In this document: in pieces, positions 51,987 to 64,000 of the stretch | Layout of the letters: every line of letters starts with the position of its first letter | How positions within the stretch are numbered: the first letter of the stretch is position 1 | Source: Octopus vulgaris | Taxonomy: Eukaryota | Direction of reading: 5' to 3' | DNA length: 64,000 nucleotides | Assembly: GCA_951406725.2 (NCBI GenBank) | Contig: OX597831.1 | Location: 75,206,001-75,270,000 of the forward strand | The notes under the pieces: generated by a model | Database searches by the model: none | What the model saw: the letters and a program-made list of their open reading frames with translations, nothing else | What the model was told of the DNA's origin: nothing | Made by a program: the position numbers and the translations under genes

Positions 51987-52859
51987 CAGGGTGTGATGAG
52001 TAAAGTGTCATCATTTTATATTTTTAATTTCACGCATGCACATTGTTTGTTTTTGATTTTGTCTGCTACACAGTATAGTAGGGTCAGTTGGGCACCGTCT
52101 GTGGGAAAAAAAGCACCATGACGCAATTCACTCTGCCAGAAATTTGGAAAAGGACATGCTGTATTGCTTGGCATTTGCACTTGAAGCTCCAATACGAACA
52201 TTTCAGAGTGTTTGGGTTGTCAGTCCGAGGACATGCACCGAGAGTGATAAAAATCAAATATCCAGTCAACATCAGTGTTTGGAGTGATCACTAATGATGG
52301 CAACGTTATGCCTCCATTCATCTTCCCACACAGCCTCAAACTCAACGCGGAGGCCTACATCAAGTGCTGGTTGGAGGTAGTGCTGCCCTGGGTCAAGAGG
52401 GAAACTGCTGGAAAACCCTATATCTGGCAACTGGACTCTGCACTCTGCCATACGAGCAGGAGAACCCACTCATGGCTGTCAGACAATTCCTGCAACCACA
52501 TCACCCCTAACATCTGGCCACCTAACTCCCCAGACTGCAACCCCCTTCATTATTATGTGTGGGGCACAGTTGAGTGAGAGACCAACAAAACTTCTTGTAA
52601 CAGCAAAGATGAATTGAAGGCAAGGATTATGACAGCATTCACCAACTTAAAGAAGGAGACCATCCAGAAGAGTTGCAGGAGATTCCAAAGTCTTCTGGAG
52701 GCTATGGTTGAAGCCAATGACGATTTTATTGAATAAATTTACTCTTTAGTATTTCAAGATATTTTTATGTAATTTTGGTAAATATATTTGTTAAAATGAG
52801 ATGTCAGTGTTATTTTCATTTTTGCATAATTTAAACGACAGTTTATTCACTGCACCCTG
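51987..52859 (+). mobile_element. Internally deleted DD37D (maT) Tc1/mariner transposon
   Basis: TA|cagggtg...caccctg|TA termini. The ORF at 52275-52577 has WQLDSALCH...WPPNSPDCNPL(H), with 37 aa between the second Asp and the mutated third. Confidence 0.88.
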
Positions 52860-52863
52860 TATG

Positions 52864-52932
<69 letters not shown>

Positions 52933-52942
52933 CATATATATA

Positions 52943-52974
<32 letters not shown>

Positions 52975-54153
52975 CATATATATATACATATACACACATA
53001 TATATATATATATACATATATATATACATATATATAACTATATATATATATAAATACATACATATATATATATATATTGTTTTTCATTGTAAATGCAATT
53101 TGTCTTGTGACAAGTTTCATGCCACTTCAGGCATTCTCACCTGAAGATTGCACTGGCATGAAACTCAAGTTATGTGATAAACACTTATTTTCGGTTTCAA
53201 TATAAGAAAATCTATATCCTCTACATGTATAGAGCACTCTTCTATTATTCATCTAACATAAACGAACATATTCTCATATACACACAGATACATGCACAAA
53301 CATGTATGTGGGTATGTGTGTCTCTCTCTCTATATATATATATACATACACACACACACATTTTAAAATGTTATTCAAAATTGTGTGTGTTTGTGTGTGC
53401 GTTACTGTCAGACTTGAACCATTAAGTGATAAATAATCCTCTCTTTTCTACTATAGGCACAAGGCCAGAAATTCATGGGGAGGAGATAAGTCAATTACAT
53501 CAACCCCAGTACTCAACTGGTACTTAATTTATCGACCTCGAAAGGGTGGAAGGCAAAGTCGACCTCAGTGGAATTTGAATTCAGAACATAAAGACAGACA
53601 ACATGCTGATGACCATTTCGCCTGGCATGCTAACGGTTCTACCAGCTGACCAGCCCTAGATTAAGTGATATATAATGACAAACATTTACTGACCACATGA
53701 CCCGACACAAGTAACAGCAGAGTCAAGTTTATTATATAAATACATTGAAAATGATTTCAAGTTTCCCTGATTGAAGTTGATCCAAGCAGTAACATTGAAC
53801 CCTGGACCATGTCATGGTTGAGTGAACTTTTTAAACACACGACTACTTTTACATCGTACATCGAATGGATATATAGTTTTGTACACTTACAGGTTTCGTT
53901 TAGTGGAGCACAGTGATGCTGGGGCATTGCAAGGGCTTTCAGTTGGTTGGGACAACCCTGGTCTTTTGTTTCATATCTGTTTTATTCACCATGGAAGGAG
54001 GACAAAGGGAATAGTTAACTGGCTGTAAGATGGGGCAATGGAGTCAGAACATAACACCAGAAGTGTTATTTCTGTTCAACACACCAATTCTTGTGCCATT
54101 CCATGTTCATACACAAACCATTTTGTGTATGTCTGTCTACTATATATTTATAT

Positions 54154-54532
54154 ACTCTTTTACTTGTTTCAGTCATTTGACTGCGGCCATGCTGCAGCAC
54201 CACCTTTAACCGAGCAACTCGACCCCGGGACTTATTCTTTTGTAAGCCCAGTACTTATTCTATCGGTCTCTTGCCAAACCGCTAAGAAACGGGGACATAA
54301 ACACACCAGCATCGGTTGTCAAGCAATGCTAGGGGGACAAACACAGACACACAAACACATACATATATATATATATACACATATATACGACAGGCTTCTT
54401 TCAGTTTCCGTCTACCAAATCCACTCACAAGGCTTTGGTCGGCCCGAGGCTATAGTAGAAGACACTTGCCCAAGGTGCCACACAGTGGGACTGAACCCGG
54501 AACCATGTGGTTGGTAAACAAGCTACTTACCA
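54154..54532 (-). mobile_element. SINE family A
   Basis: Family A consensus. Confidence 0.88.
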
Positions 54533-54795
54533 CATATTTTTTTACTTATTTCAGCAATTAGACTGATGCCATGCTGCAGCACCACCTTGAAGAATTCTAT
54601 CAGTCTCTTTTGCTGAACTGCTAAGCTATGGGAGTGTAAACACACCAACACCAGTTGTGAAACTGTGATAGAGGACAAACGTAGACACAAAACACACATA
54701 TATATATATATATCTAATATAGGATAAAATTTTTCAAAAAAAATTTTATCAATGGCCAGCATATTAAAAAATACCTCTAAAGGTTAAATTTATAA

Positions 54796-55223
54796 ACAAC
54801 TTATAAACAAGGGCAAAAGAAAAAAAATTTCTAATGCCAAATATGCCGAAACTAGACACATTGTCCATAACCATATAATTCATCACTATAAGCACGCGTC
54901 TCGAAGAAAGCTGACAGAAATTTCTAAAAAATTCCATTATTATCATATCAGACCCGATTTCAGAGTTAATTCATAAGAACCTTCTTTTCGTCAGTATAAG
55001 TAAGTATTTCATTTATTTCTTTGCCGCATTTATCACTGACGAAGAGAAGGTTCTTATGAATTAACTCTGAAATCGGGTCTGATATGATAATAACGGAATT
55101 TTTTAGAAATTTCTGTCACCTTTCTTCGAAACATGTGATGAATTATATGGTTATGGACAATGTGTCTAGTTTTGATATATTTGGCATTAGAAATTCTTTT
55201 CTTTTGCCCTTGTTTATAAGTTG

Positions 55224-55224
<1 letters not shown>
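54796..55224. repeat. Inverted repeat (~195-bp arms) with two divergent hammerhead motifs
   Basis: Arms at 54796-54995 and 55035-55224. Confidence 0.85.
55031..55084 (+). ncRNA. Minimal type I hammerhead ribozyme with an intact core
   Basis: tatca-CTGACGA-agag(18 nt)ctct-GAAA-tcgg-GTC-tgata. Confidence 0.75.
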
Positions 55225-55261
<37 letters not shown>

Positions 55262-57875
55262 TATACATATATTATATATATATAACTGGCTTCTTTCAGT
55301 TTCCATTTATCAAATCCACAGACAAGGCTTTATTCAGCCCAATGCTACAGCGGAAGACACCTGCCCAAGATGCCACACAGTGGGACTGATCCCAGAACCA
55401 AGTGGATGGGAAACAAACTTCTTACAACACAGCCATACTGAATTTAATATCATTAGTTCAACAATATATTTTGTAAGACTATAAAAAAATTACGGATTAA
55501 ATATTCTATTCACTTTCAGACTTATCTGAGTTCTTCATCTTAAGAGGTCAGACATAGCTTCTTTTGAACTTGTCACCACCTTGAAAACACACACACAGTT
55601 AATTAACGAACTTAGACACAATTTCTCTCTTAGACATTTTCACTCAAGCCATAAGTTGAACCGATGCGATGGTAGAAGATATATGTCCAAGGTACCACAT
55701 AGTAGGTCTGAACCAGGGGTTACGTGGTTGCGAAACAAACTTCTTTACCACAAAACTATGCTTGCACCCTATATATATTTCTTTATTGCCCACAAGGAGC
55801 TGAACATAGAGGGTACAAACAAGGACAGAGAAAGGGATTAAGTCGATTATATCAACCCCAGTGCATAACTGGTACTTAATTTATCAACCCCGAAAGGATG
55901 AAAAGCAAAGTCGATCGCGGCAGAATTTGAACTCAGAACGTAACGGCAGACGAAATACGGCTACGCATTTCGCCTGGCATGCTAACGTTTCTGCCAGCTG
56001 GCCACCTTCTTGCACCCTATATATTCACACAAACACACAGCTTCTAGTTTCAACTTAGGAGTCTAAACAAACTTTCCGACCAAATTACTAAAAAATGCTT
56101 AAATGAATCCAACTTGCTTTTTTTTTTTTGTTTAACACTGAATAACCAAATGTGAAAGGGAAAAAAAAAACAAGAAACAGCAAAAAAATCTGTCATATTT
56201 ATTATAATTCGAAAAAAAATGTTACCATAGCGATATATTTTACATGAGAATAAAAATGATAGCTAACACAGTGACAAAGTTATACATTTTAGGGGAGACA
56301 GCAGATGATTAAATCAACTCCAATATTTGAATAGTACAACAGTACTGTATTTTAATTGACCCCGGGAGGATGAAAGGCAAAGTCGACCCCATCAAGATTT
56401 GAACTCACAATGCAAAGAGACATGGTTAAGTACCACAATGCATTTTGTCTGATGCTCCACCGATTTTACCAGTTCATTACCCCTCAAACATTATTCTTAT
56501 TACATGAGAATAATATGAAGAATTTGTTGCTTAGATACAAGACAAACAGTTGAAAAGGGAGGGATTTGATTAATTAGGACTTAACTGCTATTACTAGCAT
56601 TTCATTGACCTAGTATCCTGCCACTTTTGTCCTTCACTTGCGGCAAAGTGAGAACATACAGAGACATTGGGTCGAACTGCCCATGTTTCACTTGACTCCC
56701 ATATCAGGATCAGCAGATCAAATCACTGGGAGAGCATAAGGAGGTGTGTGTGTGTGTGTGTGTATGTGTGTGTGTATGTGTCTGTGTGTGTTTGTGAGGG
56801 GTGGGGCAATATGAGGTGAGGAACGGTCACTTGAGAGTGAAGGAAAAAATGTAAAGAAGAGTGACCTTAAGTGAGCGGGACAGGATTGCCAAAACATTAA
56901 AATAATGTTTTATTTTTAATAATAATAATAATAATAATAATTTTGGCACAAAGCCAGCAATTTTGAAGGAAGGGAATTAGTCGATTACATCAACCCCAGT
57001 ACTCAACTGGTACTTTTTCCACTGATTTAGAAAAGATGAAAGGCAAAGTTGACCTCGGTGGAATTTGAACTCAGAATGTAAAGAACCAAGAAACACTGCT
57101 AAGCATTTTGTTTGATATGTTCTTCAATCTGGCAGCTCACCACCTTTAATATCAATAATTAATAATAATAATTAATAATAATAATAATAATAATGATGAT
57201 GATGATGATGATTTCTGAAATTGATACAAGACTATAAATAATGTAGCATGTATATATGGGAAGCGGGATGGGTGAAATACTCAAAGTGACCCCAGCATTA
57301 CTTGACCAATAGTTATTTTATCAACATCCACTCACCCAAGAAGGATGAAAGACAAAAAAAAAATTTTTTTAATTGAAAAAAAAAAAAAATTTTTAATTGA
57401 AAAATTTTTTTTTAAATTGAAAATAAAAATTTTTCTTAATTAAAAAAAATAAATAAATAAGAATAAAAATACAAACAAAGACCTTCGCAGGATTTGAACT
57501 CAGCATCAAAAGAAGACATTTTTGTCCAGTACTTCACCACTTCTGCCAATGTTAATAATAATTGTTTCTGATTTAGGCACAGGGCCAGAAATTATGAAGA
57601 AAGGAGAGTGGAGTTAATTGACACCATAGACCTTAGTATGTGACTGGTACTTTAGTTCAATGACCCAGAAAGGATGATAGGCAATGCCGACATTGGTGGG
57701 ATCTGAACTCAATAATAATAACAATAGTAATAATAATAATAATAATATTGAAATAATAATTTTTTACTTTGGCCCAAGGCCACCAATTTGGGGGAGCGGG
57801 GGGCGGTTAGTAGATTAAATTGACCCCAGTACTACTATTACTACAACTACGACTACTACGACTACTACTAAAAAC

Positions 57876-57913
<38 letters not shown>

Positions 57914-58608
57914 GAGATATCTTTATCAAAGAAACCAAAATAATTTTTAAAAAAGAGGTATGAAATATGAAAAAAAACCCAAATAATTTGAAACTAAAAC
58001 ATTGTATGAATGTCTCCCAAGATTACCATTGCCATACAGTGGTACCATCTAAATTTTCACTGCTACAATTTCTTTAAAAAAAAAAAAATTCAGAACATTC
58101 TTTCTTGCTGGGTTTTTAAAAAAATCTCTTTTAATAATATTTCAATTTAACTAAATTTAAACTTGGGAAATTTGAATAAATTTATACACCATGGCAGAGC
58201 AAAGAGAATTGGATATTAAAATGCTTATGGTAGCACTGAACATTGTTATATATATATATGTGTGTGAGTATGTGTGTGTGTGTATATATATATATATAAT
58301 GATAATAATAATAATTTGAGGGAATATTATTCCTAACTTACAGGGAAAAATTCAATTTAGAAATACTAAATCAAGTTTCACAAAATATAATATAATATAT
58401 ATATATATAAAAATTAGAAAAAAACACCTTTTATCAATTCAAAATGAACAATAAAATTACACCATCTAGAAAATTACATATATTAATAAGTTTTAAAATA
58501 TATTCCTTTCTAGATGGTATAGGAATATCCTTCAAAGATGAATTCCAAAAGAGTGGTTTTATTTTACCTCTAAGTTCCTTGAATTGATAAAAGGTGTTTT
58601 TTTAAAAT

Positions 58609-58639
<31 letters not shown>

Positions 58640-59379
58640 TATTGCATCTGATTTGGTTTGTAAGAATCTTGATTTGAATTTGATTTCAAACATATTTTGT
58701 AGTATCCCAGGAGGGTCATCATGCCAATAATAACCACACACACACACACACATGCACTGGTTTTATTTCACTTCTTTGATATTTATTTGTCAATTGGTTA
58801 ATCATTTAATCAATTAACTAATCAAACGATTTGAAAACTTGTTTGGTCACTCAACCAATCAGTCAGCTTTGTCAAAGTTCTTTTGTCGCCATTTGTGACC
58901 TCATCAATGACAGCCTCTTGACTCCAGGCCTGGAATTAGTTAAGCAGTTTTACTTCTGTGCTAGCATGTGTTAGATGAATACATTGTTGAGACATTGTTT
59001 CACAGCCAGATGCCTTTCCTGTTGCTAACCCTTGCCTGTTTTTCAAGAAAGTTATCTCTTCTTTCACATGCCTTTGAGCAGAGGGTTTGCTGACAGAAGT
59101 GACAACATCCCTCAAAGCGAATGCCTGTCACAGGGTACAAAAAGGGTAATAAAAAAAAAACTAAACATGCAGACAGATACATTCACAACAAGCTTTTTTC
59201 CAGTTTCTACATACCAAATTCAATCTCAAGATTTCAGTCGTTCCAGGGCCACAGAGGAAGACACTTCTGCAATGTGCTGCATTGTGGGACAATTATCTAC
59301 ACCTCCCCACCACACCACCTGGAACTAATTCCATAACTAACCTACAACCACAGAGCTGGAAAGTGAATGTCTTAATCAC

Positions 59380-59740
59380 ACATCCACACACAACACATAC
59401 AACTACACACACACACATAATGAATGCAACTACACACACACACACAATGCATACAACTACACACACACAGTCACATAAGGCATACAACTACACACACACA
59501 ATGTATGCAACTACACACACACACATAATGAATGCAACTAAAAACACACACATATAATGCATACTACACACACACACACATAATGCATACAACTACACAC
59601 ACACATAATGCATACAACTACACACACACATATAATGTATGGAACTACACACACACATAACGCATACAACTACACACACACACACATAATGTATACAACT
59701 ACACACACATATAATGCATACAACTACACACACACACACA
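59380..59740. repeat. ~25-bp minisatellite (caactacacacacacataatgcata)
   Basis: Tandem units read directly. Confidence 0.9.
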
Positions 59741-60132
59741 GCCATACCAAGGTAACAAATAAACCCTGCCAAATTTGTACTAACAAATCCTTCCACATTC
59801 TCACATTCATGGACAAAATTCTGAACTGAAATTCTAAACTCGTCTCTTCATGCAAACACAAAATCTTAAAATCATTAAAAAACATTTCAAACCAATCCCT
59901 TTTTCTAAACATGTTCATATCTCACCAACTCCCCTCTCTCCACCAACACCATAAACTATCCCCATAATACATATGTATATGTGTGTGTGTGTGTATAATA
60001 AATCTCTGAGCGAGATATAAACAGTAGCAGCACAAGGCCACTAATTTTTTTTTGGTGGGGGGAAGGGTGTTAGTAGATTAAATTGACTCCAATACTACTA
60101 TTACTACAATTACGACTACTAAAAACTAATAA

Positions 60133-60354
60133 TAAATGTGGCTAACCCTCAAGGGTCAATGCTACTGTAGCTTGTTAGCCCCAGAAAAACTGGCTATTGA
60201 CACACTATCTTTGCCCTGTCAGTATCTGCAAAGGGAAGTCTCCGTCCCCATCTCCAGCCTGATGTCAACAGTGTGTCAATAGGCAGCTAGAGGAGATGTC
60301 TTCCTGAGACTACAAGCTACAGTGGCTTGACCCTTAATGGGTTAGCCACATTTA
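60133..60354. repeat. Foldback/MITE-like hairpin
   Basis: taaatgtggctaaccc...aagggtcaa / ttgaccctt...gggttagccacattta. Confidence 0.75.
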
Positions 60355-60679
60355 GGTGACAAATATACTTCACGATACACATATATATATATTTATTTAT
60401 TTAGAGAGAGAGAGAGATATCTACACACACACAATATATAGGACAACCTGTGTGATATGCGGCACAGTTTGGAGAACTGATTTCAGGCTCAAAAGACTCA
60501 AAGCAATTTCATTAATCCTTTGTGGAAAGCACAACTTTCCTGTCCCTTGTGCCGTAACCATGCCAATCTGTGGCTTATTTATAAAGTCATGGACAAGAAA
60601 AGGGACAACAATGGTGAAACGAAGAGAGATGGCAATCATTTACAAAGATGTTGCTATCATATACATACATACATACGCA

Positions 60680-61410
60680 GGGATGTAGGAGTGATTGACA
60701 ACAATCTCAGCTGGAAAACCCACATCAACAATCAAGCTGATGTGTCTCACAGGATGAGCCCCTGGATCCTCAGAACTTTCCAGTCCAGAGAGCAAGATGT
60801 CATCATTCTCGTCTTCTCTTCCGTTGTATGTCCACACCTAGAATATTGCTACCCTCTGTGGTCTCCCCACACCAAACAAAACATTACGAGAATTGAGTCA
60901 CCCCAGAGAGCATTCGCTAAAGCAATAAAAGGCATGACTGATCTTGACTGGGACCACATAAAAACATAGAATCTTTATTCTCACCAACACCACCAGGAGC
61001 ACTTCATCACCGCTACATCAATGCAGAGAATATACCACCAGCATTACCCAAATGTCCTTAACATCAAATACAGAATTCATCCAAGGCTGGGGCCAAGTGC
61101 CATAAGTCCCCAACACAATTCAGGATCACAACACATAAATTCACTTCAACAAGGCCATTACCCCAAAACAAATAAAAGAAGAAAAAGGATCCAATCACCT
61201 TCAAACGAAACCTGGACAAATTTCTTCAAGGAACACCAGATAAGCCACCTTTATCTGGAGACATCTCAGTCAACAACAACTCCCAACTTGAATGGACCAT
61301 GATACCACAAAACTTGTCTTTAAAAAATGGTTTAATAAATCCTGTCAGGGGTGCTATTAAGTTAGGCATGGCCTTGGCCAATCTGGGTTATCTTATATAT
61401 AAGGTTGTCC
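60680..61410 (+). mobile_element. Degenerate CR1/Jockey-group LINE 3' fragment
   Basis: GVIDNNLSWKTHI...WILRTF...PHLEYCYPLWSPH...RIESPQRAF. Confidence 0.85.
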
Positions 61411-61540
61411 CAAAAGTTCGTAGAAAGTCTTGGAAAATAATGGTCTTTATTTTGAGGAATAATTTTTGTTGTTTTTGTTAGTACTTGGCGAGTAAAAATT
61501 CAATTTTCGCAAGTGTTTATGAACTTTTGGGACAACCTAA
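61401..61540. mobile_element. mariner-like MITE
   Basis: aggttgtcccaaaagttc / gaacttttgggacaacct termini in a TA context. Confidence 0.7.
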
Positions 61541-61550
61541 TATATATGTA

Positions 61551-61738
61551 TATATAAGAATTTTTTGCGTAATGAGATAAAAAAAACCAAGGCTGTATAG
61601 ATATTAGAGCATTTATAGATAGAAGGTCTCGCTGCTGTTTCTAGAATATTAGAAGGTCTTACAGCTGTTTCTATCTATAAATGCTCTATCTACACAGCCT
61701 TGGTTTTTTTAACTCATCACACAAAAAATTCTTATATA
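61551..61738. repeat. Hairpin with ~70-bp arms and a hammerhead half-motif in the loop
   Basis: The arms are inverted. The loop reads GAAACAGCTGTAagacct on the minus strand. Confidence 0.7.
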
Positions 61739-62528
61739 CACACGCTGACATAGAACCAACGTTGAACCCTTTTATTCGCAATATAACCAAATCTGGAACT
61801 TAACTATGGTCTGTCTATAGCACTTATTCAGCATTACCTGACACCTTTGGGTCTCAATGATACCATTATCTCTTATATATATATATGTATATACACACAC
61901 ATAGATACCCAATCATACATAATTCAGTTCAGTGTTACCGTAAACATTACAAAAGGTTCTTTCTTTCCAACTGAAGAACTCTGCTCGAAACTACATTGGT
62001 ACCGACCATGGAATATAAAGTTAACCAAATTTCACAGACATTAGTTAAATGATATTTTGTCAATGTATAACACCACTGGCATCCACAGACCCAAGGATTC
62101 TGGAATTTTTCTTTTTTTTTTTTTTTGATATCTTCACTAAAATTTTAAGTACCCTGTTGGAATTAAGAATAAAAAAAAAAATTGAAAATATGATTAAGGC
62201 ACAAGAGAAAAGAATTTTCCACACATTAAGGGTGAGAGGAAGGGACACAAAAATCTGTTTTTTTTTTCATATATATATTTTTCTTTGAGAATGGCATACA
62301 TACAGTAATTTTATTTAGGTCATAAAATTTTTTTCTTTCCTTCTTTAAATTGCTGTCATTTTTTAAAATGCTCTTGAGAGTTTTTTTTTGTTTTTTGTTT
62401 TTTCTGTTTTGCTTATTTCTTTTATTTTTGTTTGTTGTTCTTTCTTTGAAATGAAACACGGAAAAAAATAAAGAAAGAAAGAATAAAATATCACAGGTAT
62501 AAAAATGTTTTGAATATATATATATATA

Positions 62529-62559
<31 letters not shown>

Positions 62560-62585
62560 TGTATGTATGTATGTATGTATGTATG

Positions 62586-62640
<55 letters not shown>

Positions 62641-62809
62641 GTGTATGAGTGTGTATGTTTGTATATGCATATTGTATTGTATATATACTGAAGTCATGAA
62701 AATCTTTAATAAGTGAGCATGTCAATAATATACAGATATGTCAATCATGTCTGTATAAATAGTACTCATATTGAAGGATACCAATGTGTATATGCATTTC
62801 TAAGTCATT

Positions 62810-62843
<34 letters not shown>

Positions 62844-62984
62844 CTTCACAATCAAAGGTACAGAAATGGCATAATAAAAAGGTGACATAAACCAATGGTG
62901 GAGGAAGATCCTTGAATCAGGTGCTCCAAAACAGTTGGAAGGATGGGGGGTGGGGGTCTATGTGAGCGTGGAGTAAATAGTCAA

Positions 62985-63325
62985 CTAGAAGAACACAGAC
63001 AAAAAAAAAAAAACAAACGTGAGGATATAGCACAAGCAGTGTATTAATGAGACGCTCATAGAAGGGAGATGAGTAGTTGTTTTACATTTCAGACATAGCT
63101 CTTCTTTGGGAACAAGTAAAACAGGGAAGTCCAAAGGGAAAGAAGAAGGAAGGAGGGAAAACAAATCAACTGTTGACAATTTTCTCCTGTTTTACCTGTT
63201 TCCAAAGAAGAGCCACGCTTGAAATGTAAAACAACTACCCTCTTCTTTCTCTGAGCGTCTTCTTAATACATTGCTTGTGCTACATCCACACAATTGTTCT
63301 TTTCGTTTTTGGTGTGTTTTTTTAA
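62985..63325. mobile_element. Inverted pair of pLTR-type repeats with decayed hammerhead cores
   Basis: Both arms resemble 6745-6935 and 28390-28585 (ccaaaga-agagc...gctt-gaaatgta-aaac). Confidence 0.6.
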
Positions 63326-63327
63326 TT

Positions 63328-63329
<2 letters not shown>

Positions 63330-63386
<57 letters not shown>

Positions 63387-63481
63387 TATGTATGTATATA
63401 TATATATATATACACACATATATATGTATGTATATATATATATATACACATATATATGTATGTATATATATATATATACAC

Positions 63482-63512
<31 letters not shown>

Positions 63513-63748
63513 TATGTATGTATATATATATATATACACATATATATGTATGTATATATATATATATACACATATATATGTATGTATATATATATATATA
63601 CACATATATATGTATATATATATATATATATATACACATATATATGTATGTATATATATATATATATACACATATATATGTATGTATATATATACACACA
63701 CATATATATGTATGTATATATATACACACACATATATATGTATGTATG

Positions 63749-63809
<61 letters not shown>

Positions 63810-63840
63810 GTATGTATATATGTGTGTGTGTATATATACA
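63330..63840. repeat. (TA)n-derived higher-order repeat (~28-30-bp unit)
   Basis: Recurring cacatatatatgtatgtatatata units. Confidence 0.95.
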
Positions 63841-64000
63841 CAAGTGAGTGGACGAACTAAAGAAAGTGGCACACAACACATTCAGTAGGAGTTACATATA
63901 TTGTTTGACAACAGTTTGATTCAGGTCCAGGCAACTTAAAGTTTAATAGATTTGTCAAACAAACCCAATTTGTCATTGTAGAGACTAAAGAGTTAAGTCC

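Noticed and set aside
52275-52577. Functional or domesticated transposase gene
   Set aside because: The N-terminus is deleted, the third catalytic Asp is replaced by His, and there is a premature stop.
63192-63888. Long YI-rich ORFs in all frames
   Set aside because: They are a (TA)n repeat artefact. The same applies to 26445-26887, 51724-52121 and 52791-53120.

Overview
This is AT-rich, repeat-dense animal genomic DNA. The SINE, RTE and microsatellite content suggests an octopus, but that is an inference. Nearly all ORFs in the supplied track are repeat or microsatellite artefacts. Two spliced genes sit head-to-head. (1) On the minus strand are the first three coding exons of a CFAP69-like ciliary gene (16344-16249, 8645-8583, 3391-3326). 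It has an RFX X-box upstream and a U12-type donor (GTATCCTTT) after exon 3. (2) On the plus strand is a complete 5-exon gene (20017-39604) for a 192-aa uncharacterised single-pass membrane protein with 8 Cys in its predicted lumenal domain. The rest is RTE and CR1 LINE fragments, several tRNA-derived SINE families, a DD37D (maT) transposon relic, many MITEs and foldback elements, and microsatellites. The most striking unexplained signal is a set of hammerhead-ribozyme motifs in at least four repeat families. These include a tRNA-headed SINE with a minimal hammerhead that recurs as inverted pairs, a retrozyme-like structured monomer, and a palindrome carrying two opposed hammerheads. Coordinates of degenerate repeats are approximate and were read by eye. 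No database searches or folding programs were run.
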